Assembly: GCF_001194135.2 (NCBI RefSeq)
Contig: NC_068986.1
Coordinates: 85,244,342-85,308,341 of the forward strand
Reading direction: 5' to 3'
Length of the DNA stretch: 64,000 bases
Origin: Octopus bimaculoides
Lineage: Eukaryota
The notes under the pieces are model-generated. The model made no database searches. It was not told where the DNA came from and saw only the letters and a list, made by a program, of their open reading frames with translations. The translations under genes were made by a program, and so were the position numbers. Of this stretch, positions 27,039-39,809 are shown one piece after another (the stretch's first letter is position 1; every line of letters begins with the position of its first letter).

Positions 27039-27320
27039 TCAGTAGTTTTATTTTTATAACGTGCTTTCACTTCACTACCGAGCGCAGCTCTGTGCGCCTT
27101 GGGTATGTGCTGTGGTTTGCTGTGGTGCTCTTATGTTTACTGTATTGAAAGTGTTTTGCGTAAGATGTGTGCAGTGCCCAGTAGTGCAATTTTCTGTATG
27201 TTATATATATTTGTAAGTCCTGGTGTTTTTGTTATGTATTTGTCTGAATATTTTTGTATTATACCTAAGGCACCTACTATAATAGGAATTGTTTCTGTTT
27301 TTAGATTCATTCATATGTTT
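27039..27320 (-). mobile_element. R4/Dong-like LINE 3' end (young subfamily), running into a gap
   Basis: KTETIPIIVGALGIIQKYSDKYITKTPGLTNIYNIQKIALLGTAHILRKTLSIQ plus 3'UTR, ending in (AAT)n. Confidence 0.88.
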
Positions 27321-27750
27321 NNNNNNNNNNNNNNNNNNNNNNNNNNNNNNNNNNNNNNNNNNNNNNNNNNNNNNNNNNNNNNNNNNNNNNNNNNNNNNNN
27401 NNNNNNNNNNNNNNNNNNNNNNNNNNNNNNNNNNNNNNNNNNNNNNNNNNNNNNNNNNNNNNNNNNNNNNNNNNNNNNNNNNNNNNNNNNNNNNNNNNNN
27501 NNNNNNNNNNNNNNNNNNNNNNNNNNNNNNNNNNNNNNNNNNNNNNNNNNNNNNNNNNNNNNNNNNNNNNNNNNNNNNNNNNNNNNNNNNNNNNNNNNNN
27601 NNNNNNNNNNNNNNNNNNNNNNNNNNNNNNNNNNNNNNNNNNNNNNNNNNNNNNNNNNNNNNNNNNNNNNNNNNNNNNNNNNNNNNNNNNNNNNNNNNNN
27701 NNNNNNNNNNNNNNNNNNNNNNNNNNNNNNNNNNNNNNNNNNNNNNNNNN

Positions 27751-27804
<54 letters not shown>

Positions 27805-27806
<2 letters not shown>

Positions 27807-29087
27807 GTTTATGTTTGACTTTTGCTTTGCATTTGTACAAGTTGGCTCCAAGTCTCACCCAGAGACCTCAAGAGACAAAAAGTTCATGTTAGTGTTATGC
27901 CTAGGGTGTCATATATTTGGTTTTGCACATAGTATTGTTCTAGAGAATTTTAAGACAGCATAAGAAAATTGTGTGTTTGTTTTAAAATTTGAGATTACGT
28001 AGATATTATTTTACGTAGGATATGGGCAGTTTCCATGAGCATTATCTTTTGAATTTCTGCCATTTTGGGATTTCCTGGTATCTGAGCTAAGTAGCAATCA
28101 GCACCTTTTGCTATCGTTCCTAGGGCACTTATGACAACAAATATTGTTTTATTCTTCAGGTTCCACATTTTGTTAATTCCAATTTCAAGGTCTTTATACT
28201 TGCCCAGTTTTTGGTAGGTCTTGACAGATATGTTTATACTGATTGGGACAGTCATATCAATGAGGAGGGATGATTTCTGTCTGAAGTCCTTCAATATAAT
28301 GTCTGGCCTATTTGTATCTATCTTTCTGTCAGTTTGAATGGTGAAGTTCCAGAGGAGTGAAATGTGATTATTTTCATGCACAGGAGGTGGCTTGTGTACC
28401 CACCAGTTTTTATCATGGCGCAAGTCCAGGTTTTTGCATATTGTGCAGCTCTATCATGCCTCTTGAGATACTCTGTAGGCGCAAGGAAACTGTACATGGA
28501 GACAACATGATCAATAGTTTCATTTTGTTGTTGACACACACGACATATTAGGGAGCTACCATTCTTTAATATGTTGGCCTTGTAGTTCCTTGTAGGTAGG
28601 CATTGATCTTGGGCTGATATAATAAACCTTTCCGTTTCTGATTTTAAGCCAGAAGCCATTAGCCATTGATGGGTAAGGGCTTTGTCAACATCGGCATTAT
28701 AGGCTCTTTTTGACTTTTTGGCATTGAGATGTTTTTCTTGCCATTTATCAGTCAGAATATCTAAGGCAGCAATTTTAGCACGGGTTTTCAAGCGCTTAGC
28801 TTTTCTGCGCTTGTTTCTTGTACGTCTAATTCTAGAATTTGTTGCATTTGGAATTCACTTATATATTCCTTTGCCTGCTTTGTTTCTGAGTATGATGCTT
28901 TCTTGTTTTCATGTTTTGAGACAAGGTTTAACATCCAGTCCTCAGAGCTTTTCAGGTAGATGTCTAGACCAATTGTGGCAATCTTCATTGTTAATGCCAG
29001 TTGTAAAAGTCCATGTCCTCCCTCTTTTCTTGGCAGATAAAGTCATTCTATATCTGCCTATATTATTATTATTATTATTATTATTAC

Positions 29088-29147
<60 letters not shown>

Positions 29148-29250
29148 CAATGTTGTTGGTGTTGGTGTTGAGAAGAAACTGCTTGCCCGCAACTACTTTG
29201 TTGATTTCTTTCAAAATATTGATATCACTTCTGTGTAATGGAACCAAGTA
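27805..29250 (-). mobile_element. R4/Dong-like (RLE) LINE fragment, about 1.3 kb
   Basis: LYLPRKE (thumb), LTHQWLMASGLKSETERFIISAQDQCLPTRNY, CRVCQQQNETIDHVVS, LLWNFTIQTDRKIDTNRPDIILKD..LLIDMTVP, QKLGKYKDLEI. Homology is clear to about 29060; the extension beyond the (ATT)n tract to 29250 is tentative. Confidence 0.9.
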
Positions 29251-29800
29251 TAGAGGGAGAGAATAAATCTATTTAGAATTTTTCCTCCGACCTGAAGTGA
29301 AAAAATTAAGAGGTATTTTTAAGAAATCACTTATTTGGTTTCACTTTTAACGCGCAACAGAAATGTGAAGAAGTTATAGAGACAACGCCCCCTCAGAGAA
29401 ACCTAGGTAACTACAGTGAGAACAAACAAAAGGAATAGACAACACAAAGCAGTTGATTGTGTGGATACTAAAAAGAATCTCATTTGGCGACACTTTAAGC
29501 AATAATAACATTTACACGCCTACTGCACGCCTACATAAACATTTTCAAATCACAAATACAGTAATTCTATATTTTTTATGATAACAATTTAAGGAGAAGG
29601 CAATTATCGTCATTTACCATAGCGACTGCAATTGATAAACATTGGATATGATATTTGGATAAAAGAAAGAAGACCAGGCATCATTACGGTATTAAATAAA
29701 TGGGTAAGATTTTATCCGAAACTGTCACAGAGTTGTGAAAGCGAAATAAAATACATTTTACCCCAGTGTTACTTTGATGACATGCACTGCTCGCTCACCC

Positions 29801-29844
<44 letters not shown>

Positions 29845-29845
<1 letters not shown>

Positions 29846-30640
29846 GAATAAGTGATCAAACGCATAAAAGGACAAGAATGAAATACAAAGAAAGCACTTC
29901 AGACAGATTGAAGAGAAACCTCTGCATGACCAATTTTGGAGAACCACTGAGGACGTATGGGCTTGGTTAAAAAAAGGGTAATTAAAAAAAGAAACAAAGG
30001 TTATAATTGTAGCAGCTAAAAACCAAGCAATGAAATAAACAACTTGAGAAAAAATATATGGAGAGGTGTGTCAGAAAAATGCAGAGCTTGTGGAACTTGG
30101 AACGAGACAGTAGCACACATTGTGACAGAATGCACCAAGTTGGCACAGGAAGAATATAAGAAATGAAGGCACGACCAGGTTGTAAGAGCATTACGCTGGA
30201 AACTGTCAGAAATGATGATTTGAAGCCGGAAATACATGATGCAATCGAGTTGAAATAGTATTGGAATCGGAGAAACGTAAGATTTTGTGGGGCTTTCCTC
30301 TTCAAACGGACAGGAAGTTAGAAAATTACAGACCGAACATAACAATTATAGATTAGGAAATGATGTTGACTAATCGACCCATCATGCCTGTTTGATTTCA
30401 GGATCTTAAAGAAAGAGGACGAAAAACAAAAACAGAAAAAATAATGTATATAATCCCTTAAAATTTTAAATAGGAAGAAGTTGGTGAATGAGATCAGTGA
30501 AAGTCGGCTTATGATTAGTGTGTTGGGAACAGTAAGCAAAGATATAGACAAATGGGCTAAGGAGATTGAAACAGAATGTCCTACACAGCAAAGATTATCA
30601 GGAGGGTTCTAAGCAGTTGAAATAAAGCTGAAAAACTGTG
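29845..30640 (+). mobile_element. Decayed R4/Dong-like LINE fragment
   Basis: Starts right after (TAA)n. EKPLHDQFW..WAWLKKG; KCRACGTWNETVAHIVTECTKLAQEEYK..RHDQV; QTDRKLENYRP. Confidence 0.85.
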
Positions 30641-30694
30641 GATACTTAAGGTTACAGGTAATAAGATGGGCTACAGCAAATATTCTGCTTAATA

Positions 30695-31070
30695 GCACAG
30701 ATTTGCTTGTCAGTTGTTTGACCTTAACCAGTTGAGCATGTCCCTTGGTGGCTGACGATATGTGCACCTCTGATCATGAACAGAAGTAGTGGGGGAGCAT
30801 CATAGCCATGTGTTGAGGGGAATTCTTTGGGAATTGAATAATTCACCTTTGGAAACATGGGTGTTTTGTTCAACATCCTTAAACAAACCTTATTCAGGGA
30901 CCTTTTGAACGGGATGGGCTACTCGACCTGAAGAAAATTCTAAGTGGGCCCAACCTGCGAGGTCATGCGCTGTTTATCTTGATATGAGATCACCATGTCA
31001 CGCACATATGGTTGTGATGTATGTGCCTGGTGTATCAGACGAGTAGTCATGATGGGTATATTGGGCTTCC
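30695..31070. repeat. Probable interspersed repeat (SINE-like, unclassified)
   Basis: GC-richer non-coding island between two LINE fragments, resembling recalled octopus repeat sequence (gggatgggctactcgacctg). No second copy in this window. Confidence 0.35.
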
Positions 31071-31128
31071 TATATTTTACCCCGTGTCACTTTGATGGCT
31101 TGCACTGCTCTCTCACTCAATAATAATG

Positions 31129-31223
<95 letters not shown>

Positions 31224-32213
31224 TGCAGGAGATGCAGAGGTAGCAAAGACCAATTATTGTTAAACAAAATAGTAATGCAAGATTGTAAACGGAGGAGGAC
31301 AAATTTGAGAATTGCTTGGATTGATTATCGCAAAGCTTATGATTCTATATTAGTCGGGTGGAAAACTGAGCTGACATCCTACGGACAAAGCTTAAGCACC
31401 CTGGGTATCAGAAAACGGATTTTCCAAGGCGATAACTTATCTCAGTTACTTTTTATTGTCTGTATGATCCCTCTAACTTTGATACTTACGAAAATGAACC
31501 TGAGATATCAGCTTAAGAGAAAGTTTCAAACACTCAGCCACCCCCTATTCATGAATGATTTGAAGCTTTATGGCAAGAATGAGGTACAAGTGAGTTTTTT
31601 GGAGAGCACGGTCCGCTGTTTTAGTGTTGATATTAGAATGGAATTCGGACTCAAGAAGTGTGGTATAATGTACCCGAAAAGAGGCAAGGTGCAGCCCTTA
31701 GCAGGGATAAAATTATCTAATACAGAACTGAATAAACAGATTAAAAAGGAAGGCTACAAATATCTAGGCATACTTGAGTTCAACGAAATCATGGAGAAAT
31801 GAAGGAACAACTGAGGATGGAATGTTTCTGAAGACTAAGATTGATGTTGCGCTCAAAATTGACCGGATGGGATAACATCCAAGCTGTTAATACATGGGCG
31901 ATAGCATCACTTCGGTATAGAACTGGAATAAAAAAACCGACAAAAGAAAGAACTGGTGATTATGGATACGAAGACAAGAAAAATATTGACAGTGTACGGA
32001 GCCTTCCACCCTAAGAGTGACACCGATAGGCTGTACTTGTCCAGAAGGAAGGGTGGGAGAAGTTTGATTAGTTTCCAGAATTGTATCGAAGCAGAGAAAA
32101 ACAGCTTAGAGTGGTATGTAAGAAATACCGTGGAACCATTGTTGAGACATGTGAAGAAGTCCTGCGTCATCAAAATTGATAATTATTTAACGAAAGAAAG
32201 ACTTAAAGAAAAG

Positions 32214-32260
<47 letters not shown>

Positions 32261-32320
32261 CAGAAAAAAAAGAAACGGTATGGAAGGAGGAAAATATGTA
32301 CATTGCTTTTTTCGGTCTCA
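31224..32320 (+). mobile_element. R4/Dong-like LINE reverse-transcriptase fragment
   Basis: Starts right after (TAA)n. GSKDQLLLNK..AWIDYRKAYDS, RIFQGDNLSQLLF..MIPL, HPLFMNDLKLYGK, MEFGLKKC, YKYLGI, GAFHPKSDTDRLYLSRRKGGR. Confidence 0.9.
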
Positions 32321-32347
32321 TTTAAAGTATGACTATCTTTAATGGAG

Positions 32348-32552
32348 TCTGAGGCCAACAGCTAGGAGATACAGCCACTACAGCTATCAAATTTTGGAGT
32401 TAATTGTCTGAATTGTTAAATAATACTTTCTTATGGTGACCTTTTAATTATTTTTAGTAGTACAGTGGTATAGTGTATAGCATCAATTCAGACATTGAAC
32501 TCCAGCAACTGATGGCTGTAGTGGCTATACCCGCTGACCTGTTTGCTTCAGA
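32348..32552. mobile_element. MITE-like element with about 68-bp imperfect terminal inverted repeats
   Basis: 32348-32415 (tctgaggccaacag...agccactacagc...gtctgaattg) pairs with 32484-32552 (caattcagac...gctgtagtggct...ctgtttgcttcaga). Confidence 0.75.
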
Positions 32553-33229
32553 TTTCATTGAAGATAGTCATGCCTTAAATGAGATCGAACAAAGAATGTG
32601 CTACCCATCCTTGACATCTGCCGACTGAATAGCAAAATAAGTCCAACATCACCACACACACCTCCATCCCCATATAACTACCATTTCTTCCTTTCTTTCC
32701 ACGACCTTCCCCTCTTCCTCACCAAATACGCACAGACATGCCCATATAACTCAATCAACCAACTTATTGCTCAAAAGGGATAATCAACCCTCAGTTATAC
32801 ATCCGTTAATGTTATATCACCTGAAGAAATGAATCCATGAAGAGGATCTACCCGATGCCCACGGATACGACGGACTACACTAACCATTCTAAGAATACGG
32901 ACTGTGATCTTAAGGAACATGTGATTTGTGGAAACGCGCGTAGCGATGCATCAAAATATTTATAAATTCTATCGAATGATTATTGTTATTATTACTATAT
33001 TTATCCTACATTATATCGGTACAGCTCGATATAATGCATTCTTACTTTTGTGAAACAGGTGACGTGTGTGTTTATGTGTTCACATAGATCTATATGTATA
33101 TGCACATTTGTTAATGGATATGTAAATACATATAAAAGACATGTTTTGTACGAATAGGTACTTATTTTATCTGATGAAACGCATTTTTATGTAACTAAAA
33201 TATATTCTCTCGTATTTTCACCTTTTCAG

Positions 33230-33487
33230 GCGGCTCCGTTATTTGAAACCTTATAAGAAGTTTCATTCTGCTTATATGTATAACAATTACATGTATATTC
33301 TTGCCGGTTACATAGCTGAAATATTAACTGGTCAAAGCTGGAAAGAACTAGTTCAGCAGCGAATATTCAAGCCGCTTGCCATGGCCTCATCTGTCTTTGC
33401 TGACGACGTTTTAGACTGGAGAAAATTTGCTCTTCCTTATGTTTCCATAAATGATGAACTTATTCCTTTAAACACTACACTCCTCAA
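33230..33487 (+). CDS. Internal exon of serine beta-lactamase/PBP-like (class C/AmpC-like) protein; carries the YxN motif
   Basis: Acceptor ttttcaccttttcag ends 33229; donor gtaagt starts 33488. Translates (x)RLRYLKPYKKFHSAYMYNNYMYILAGYIAEILTGQSWKELVQQRIFKPLAMASSVF...LNTTLL(K). YNN..Y.LAG.I.E..TG.SW..L...IF.PL.M is the typical beta-lactamase-fold signature. Phase 2 at both ends. Confidence 0.9.
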
Positions 33488-34449
33488 GTAAGTATTGATT
33501 TCCTTTTCGAAATACATATATTTTTATTAATATTTAGAGAAAGCAACTTATCAAAAAGTTTGATAAGTGCCAACGCTCGAAATTCTCGGCCCTTGAGTCA
33601 ATCTGGCGCTTCTGCTAAATATTAATAAAAATATACATATACTCATATTCTATTTTTCCTGCTACACATATACGTATACATACGTATGCGCACACACATA
33701 CACTCACATATACATATATATACATACGTACATACATGTATAAATATATACATGCATATATATACATATATATACATACGTACATACANNNNNNNNNNNN
33801 NNNNNNNNNNNNNNNNNNNNNNNNNNNNNNNNNNNNNNNNNNNNNNNNNNNNNNNNNNNNNNNNNNNNNNNNNNNNNNNNNNNNNNNNNNNNNNNNNNNN
33901 NNNNNNNNNNNNNNNNNNNNNNNNNNNNNNNNNNNNNNNNNNNNNNNNNNNNNNNNNNNNNNNNNNNNNNNNNNNNNNNNNNNNNNNNNNNNNNNNNNNN
34001 NNNNNNNNNNNNNCTTTTCGAAATACATATATTTTTATTAATATTTAGAGAAAGCAACTTATCAAAAAGTTTGATAAGTGCCAACGCTCGAAATTCTCGG
34101 CCCTTGAGTCAATCTGGCGCTTCTGCTAAATATTAATAAAAATATACATATACTCATATTCTATTTTTCCTGCTACACATATACGTATACATACGTATGC
34201 GCACACACATACACACTCGCAAATATTTTCCGAACGGCCATAAATTCCACCAGCTGTTCAGCCAAATTTACAATAAATAGAGCAAACGTTGCTTGAAAAA
34301 AAATTCTAGTACTAAGGTAAACCACAATTAAATATTTTTCAAACATATGCAGGAAGAGGAAAGTCGATATGAAATTTTCTAAAATATAAGCTTTTGCTCA
34401 TTAAAGGCCTAATGAATAGAGAAAAACAGTGTACAGACAGCTAATATCT

Positions 34450-35220
34450 GAACCAACATTGCATAAAGTAGTTTACATTGGGCTGGCAGAGCATTACTCC
34501 AAAAAGCATTTGAATTAGTACACGATCACATTTTGCCGTCACCGTCTGAAGAATACTACAACACTTTCAGAGAGGTTTTAAAAATTGAGAGACAAAGCAG
34601 TAACCACCGACAGGTTAAGGACAATAGCGGATAAAACTGACATTTTAGAAAGGTTTAAAGTATTATACCTAACCTCTGTTTCTCAGAAAAATGCCATATT
34701 ACCCATGGTTCTACTCATAAGAAATGGGTAGAAGATCTTTTTGCTGATGTATGGCAGACGACATCTGATTTCTTTTCCATCCTTTGAGCATCTACGGTCG
34801 ACTGAAGTGCTGATTGTGAGAAACCATGAATCTCTTATGTACTCATTTTTGTGCCATAGAAATTAAAATATATTAGACTCTACTCACTTCCAGCAAAAAG
34901 CTGTATTCATAAATGTAATGTGTTTGTATCACAGAATTAACTAAAACAATATTCATTTAGTACCGTACAATAGCGGTACTTTATTCATGTAGACGTAATG
35001 CGCATAATGTAATACTATCAATGAAAGTCTACTTCAAAGTACGAACGGAAAGTATTAGAAGATACATGAAATTGGAGACCTACTTGCATTAGATCAACGA
35101 TAACATTACTGTTCAGGAGCAAATTTAATCAAGATTCATATTCGGAAATTCCTACCTCTTCATGAAGAACTAGATTCACTCGAAAGCAGACTTCTTGGTG
35201 CAATACAGAATATAGCAGTT
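34450..35220 (+). mobile_element. Possible very decayed DNA-transposon (Mutator-like) remnant
   Basis: Only weak fragmentary similarity (FTLGWQS; ttttccatcctttgagcatct ~ FP..WA; tgtgagaaaccat ~ CE..H). No intact frame. Confidence 0.2.
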
Positions 35221-35331
35221 AACGAAAGAAAGCTCGCTTCTTCCTTTTTTTTTTTTTTCAATATAATTTGAAATCGGATTAGAAAGAAACATAATGAAAT
35301 TTTTCAGAAACCAATTAATATTTTCAGACAA

Positions 35332-35478
35332 GAAGGCGGCGAACTGGTAGAATTTTTAGCTCGCCAGGCGAAATGATCAGTCATATTTCGTCCATTTTCA
35401 CGTTTTGAGTTCAAATTCTGCAGAGGTCAACTTTGCCTTTCGTTCTTTCGAGGTCGAAAAAATAAGTTCCAGTTAAAT
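35332..35478 (+). mobile_element. 3'-truncated SINE family B copy
   Basis: aaggcggcgaactggtagaat...gagttcaaattctgcagaggtcaactttgcctttc...gtcgaaaaaataagttccag. Confidence 0.75.
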
Positions 35479-35479
35479 A

Positions 35480-38400
35480 CTCTCTCAAACACACGCTCAC
35501 ACACAGACACCCACAGGAACACAAGCCCACTCCTACCCGCATCAGGGAAGGATTACACAGACTCTGATTCTTACACATACCGAAGTGAGGATGAGGAGGA
35601 ACAGAAAAACCCAAAACAACTAAAAAGAAAGCGCAGTAGGAAAACATCCGGATTGACACCAACACAAAAGTAGGACAACAAAAAAATACAATCATACAGT
35701 CAACCCTCCCCCCCAGCTCAGCAACCGATTACACAGCAAAAGCTCCCACCACCAATACAACCAACACCAGCACAACCCCGCCGCGTCTCCAAAAGACAGC
35801 TTTCGGAAGAATTGTTAAATTCTCAGACCCCGAATTTTGTGCTAGTGAGAAGAGCAAATAAAGATCTCATGGCCCTTATAGCTCAAAATAGATTGACCAA
35901 TTCGTGACACCAGCACCATTAAAGTGCCAGAAGACTTAGTGTTAGTGCGTATGGCACAGACAAGAACATTCGGGAGGTTTTCCCAACACAACTTGGGAAC
36001 CCCTAATATAACAGTTTCCAAAACACTTTTAAAGGGGTTTCCAGAGAAACTCCAGCTAGAAGCGGATGCCAGGCCTCCAGGCAGCCAATATCACTGGCAG
36101 AGTAAGTAAGTAAGCTCTTTTTCTTTCTTACAGCTTTTCCGACCGGCATGGAATTGATTAGAGTGGGCTGTGTAAACGTTCGTGGCCTGAGGTCACCCTG
36201 AAAGTAGGGACGCCTGCTCAACAACCTCAGATTACTATCTATGGCTGTGACAGCCGTCAGCGAAACCAGGATTTCCGACACACGCGATCTGGCCCCCATT
36301 TTCGACGATTTTGAGATCTACGCATCTCTTAGTTGACCTGGAATGGGAGTGGGGTGGTAGGGCTGTTAGGAAAGGCCTGGATCTCGAGGTACGGACGATC
36401 TTCTATGACCCGGAAGGTAAGTTAGTGATCCTGGATGTGAGTAACAGCAAAGGTGATGATTTCAGACTAGTTGCTGTGTACGCCTCAACTGGGGCGGGGA
36501 AGCCAGATTTCATTAGACGTTTGGCGGTCTTCCTTGGGACGTCTCTCTCTTTAGTTATAGTTGGCGATTGGAACGCCATTTCGGATGCACGCCTGGATGG
36601 AGTGGGGCTATCCAATAGGAGAGGAGGGTGTAAAAGCCTTACAAACCTGACAGGTACCGACTAGATTTCCTGAATGCGCCAACATGGATATGAGCAAACA
36701 GCACCGGGTCTTTCTGATCGTATTTAGATATGATATTCTGTAGACCAGTTAGCAAAAGTAGCATAGGTTCCCCACAGTTCAAAGTCATCGGCTATAGAGA
36801 CCACAAATTTGTGATCTGCACGGCCGACCTAGATAAGATCCATAGGTAGGGCTCCGGGTACTAGAAACTGAACGCGTCTTTCTCAGTACGTCAAGCATTC
36901 AGAAACCGGGTTATCAAGTTAGTCGATCGGAAGTTGGCGGACGCAATCGTCAACAACCGTCCGTGGATAGGCCTGAAAATAGTTATTTGATTAGATACTG
37001 TAGGATTTAGTAAAGAAATAGATTTATAGGAATCTGGGATAGAGAGACAGGTAGGTAAGAAGCTAGAGGAGGCACTTAGGAGTGGCACTGCGACTGACGT
37101 GATGGCGGCGAGATTGGCTCTAAATTAATTCTTCAGGGCCAAGCGCGAAGGTTGGCAACTGCTGTAAGACATGAGCAGACGAAAGACGTTCGATGGACCC
37201 GGGTTACAGAGGTCCAAGGTGACGACAAAGCCACAATTTGGTTTTTGACGAGCCGGGGCGGGCGCATGCTACATAAATCCAAGCAGGTATATACGGAATA
37301 TCAGAGGCACTACGTCGAACTTTTCGGGGCACGCGGTGTGTCGAGAATGGAAGTGGATTTCACGTCTTACCTCGACGGCATGCCACGCCTTTCGGCTAGA
37401 GCTGCGGAGTTCTGCGGAATGCCGATAACAGCCGAAGACATACCGGACACGATGATGAGCTGCACAAGGGGCTTGATGGTCTGCCCTTCGAGTTTTATGT
37501 TCATATGACAGATTTATTCAGTGATATCTCAGCTGATCTCCAGCACAACTGGCAGCAGAACGGGAGAATACCCAGTGCTGTGGGCCGTGGCATGGTGGTT
37601 CTGCTGAGAATGGACGCGGACAAAGGGGACTAAATACATAAGTTTAGGTCCATAACTCTTCTGAACGCAGATTGTTAGATTTTGGTCAAGGTGTTAGCCA
37701 AGAGGTTGGCGCTTGTCGATAAGCTGATCGGGGACGCCCAGACATGCACTATCCTGAACAGATCTATCCACGACAAACTCCACCTCACGTGCTATATCAT
37801 AGAGGGGGTAAGGAAGGATTCTCATATGGATCAATTTGGATCAATCAAAAGCTTTTGACAGGGTCGACCATCAATACTTAGAATCTGTTCCCGTGGCGAG
37901 AATATTTGGACCATCAATGCTTGGAGTCTGGAGTCTGTTCTAGCTTCGGTCCCGTTTTCAGAGGCTGGATCGCTGTAATGTACAGCGACATCTATACGGT
38001 GTTCCAAGTAAACGGCCATCTTGTGGAGTCGTTTAGCATCACTCGCTCGGCACGTCAAGAATGCCCACTCTTACCATTTCTGTACGTGCTGGCTCTCGGG
38101 GAAATTCTGGGCGTTGGGAGGGATAAATTAACTAGTCTTTTCTGGAGAACTTTCGGGTCGGGGCCTATGGATAACTTCCAGAAATCCCTGGCCTGACAGT
38201 GTTACCGGGAAGCTCTACCGGTTCGAGACAAGCTCTACAGACACGGAAGTGCTGTCAGACAGACCTGTCAGAGGTGTGCGCAGGGCGGTGAAACCGTCCT
38301 GCATGCACTCGTCCAGTGTCCATGCATTACTGACTTGTGGAGCTTTGTCGAACAGCTGTTGTCACGTGTAGGGCGGATCCGGTTATCAGCCGAGTCCATC

Positions 38401-38950
38401 GTGAACATTGCCCCGGCGCCTTCCTTTGGCCAGGAAGGAGAGGCAGTTTTCCTCTATCTGGTGGCCAAGGTGAAGGAGGTAGTAAGATGGACGACACTGA
38501 AAAGATTGAAGGCAGGTACTTTCCTCTTCGGCCAAGCCCTCATCGACTTTTTCAAGTCCCAGTTGAAAAGGAAAGTGAGAGTAGAGAGGGAAGTTCTGCC
38601 TCCCAATATTTTTGTTGAAAGGTAGGTGAATGTGGCGAGGATGGCCCGAGTGAATAGGCCTACTCTGAACTTTCGTTTGTAAACCAGAGAAGTTGAGAAT
38701 AAGAGAGGTACCTGCTGGGGTACATCTGCTCGGGATAACAAGAATGTGTGAGGTTCCTCGGTCGTCCCTGTGAGGAACTTATCCCTTTTGGTGGGATTTT
38801 ATTATTTAATTGTTTTTTGCTATTTATTGTATACACGGCATTGTTCAACACTTCACTTTTACCTTGTATATTTATCGTTTCTATTTGTTTTGTGTTCGGC
38901 CTTTGTAGGCAATAAAGGAAAGTATTATTATTATTATCATTATTATTAAT
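35480..38950 (+). mobile_element. Decayed L1/Tx1-like LINE (APE endonuclease, RT, zf-RVT) inside an intron
   Basis: MELIRVGCVNVRGLRSP from 36148 and VIVGDWNA (APE endonuclease); FRSITLLNA..ILVKVLAKRLAL and DQSKAFDRVDHQY (RT); SFSITRSARQECPLLPFLYVLAL; TCQRCAQGGETVLHALVQC (zf-RVT). AATAAA at 38911 then a (TTA)n tail. Many frameshifts, and the YADD region is deleted near 38100. The 5' boundary (ORF1-like charged stretch) is approximate. Confidence 0.85.
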
Positions 38951-38952
38951 TA

Positions 38953-39180
38953 AGGCGGCCATCTGGCAGAATCGTTAGCACGCCGGGCAAAATGCTTAGC
39001 GACATTTCGTACGTCTTTACGTTCTGAGTTCAAACTCCACCAAGGTCGATTTAGCCTTTCATCATTTCGGGTTCGATAAATTAAGTAGCAGTAAAACTCT
39101 GCGGTCAGTGTGATCGACTTACCCCCTCTCCACGAATTCCAGGCGTTGTGCCTATAGTAGAAAGGATTATTATTATTATT
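38953..39180 (+). mobile_element. SINE family B copy with (ATT)n tail
   Basis: aaggcggccatctggcagaatcgttagcacgccgggc...gtgcctatagtagaaaggattattatt. Confidence 0.85.
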
Positions 39181-39319
39181 TTGTTAGTTTGACATAATCA
39201 GTAAAGTGCCCTATTTTTTACGCATTCAATTTGAAAAACAACTACATTTGAGTTTTATAGAAATGGCAGTAAAATAATATTGAAAATAATCAATCCTAAC
39301 ATTAACTTCACAGTGACAC

Positions 39320-39514
39320 CATCACCACCACCACCACCACCACCACCACCACCACTGCTACCACCACCACCACTGTTATCACCACCACTGTTACCACCAC
39401 CACTGCTANNNNNNNNNNACCACCACCACCATCACCACCACCACCACCAAAACCAAAACCACCACCACCACCAACAACAACAACACTACTACTACTACTA
39501 CTACTACTACTACA

Positions 39515-39543
<29 letters not shown>
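39320..39543. repeat. Compound (CAC)n/(CAA)n/(TAC)n microsatellite abutting a splice acceptor
   Basis: Directly visible; ends about 6 nt before the exon start at 39550. Confidence 0.95.
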
Positions 39544-39545
<2 letters not shown>

Positions 39546-39549
39546 TCAG

Positions 39550-39809
39550 ATCACTTGGACCAGCAGGGCCATCCGGTACCATATGCTCCAATTCAATAGA
39601 TATGCAGAAATGGCTCCAGTTTCAGCTAAACGGGGGTTTGGACATGAGAGGTCATCGGCTTGTGAGCCAGAAAGAGTTCCAGGAATTACATACGCCTCAG
39701 ATACCAACACCTATGCCTCTGGGTCGGAAACTACTGAAGCAACCTGCCTTTCCCATATCTGAAGGGCGGTTTGCTTATGATTTAGGCTGGAGCTCAGGAA
39801 TATACAGAG
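39550..39809 (+). CDS. Internal exon of beta-lactamase-like protein
   Basis: Acceptor tttcag ends 39549; donor gtgaat starts 39810. AA from the previous exon plus A completes Lys, then SLGPAGPSGTICSNSIDMQKWLQFQLNGG...ELHTPQ...AYDLGWSSGIYR(G). Matches the family pattern 'PAG.I.S...DM.KWL.F.L' and 'YxLGW'. Phase 2 in, phase 1 out. Confidence 0.88.

Noticed and set aside
29622-29702. Possible + strand 81-nt exon (RLQLINIGYDIWIKERRPGIITVLNKW, donor gtaaga)
   Set aside because: Phase 0/0 does not fit the phase-2 acceptor at 33230, and it has no beta-lactamase motif.
33503-34216. About 200-bp direct repeat (33503-33704 and 34014-34216) just after the exon donor
   Set aside because: The identical copies flank an N-gap on both sides, the typical signature of a scaffolding overlap artefact.
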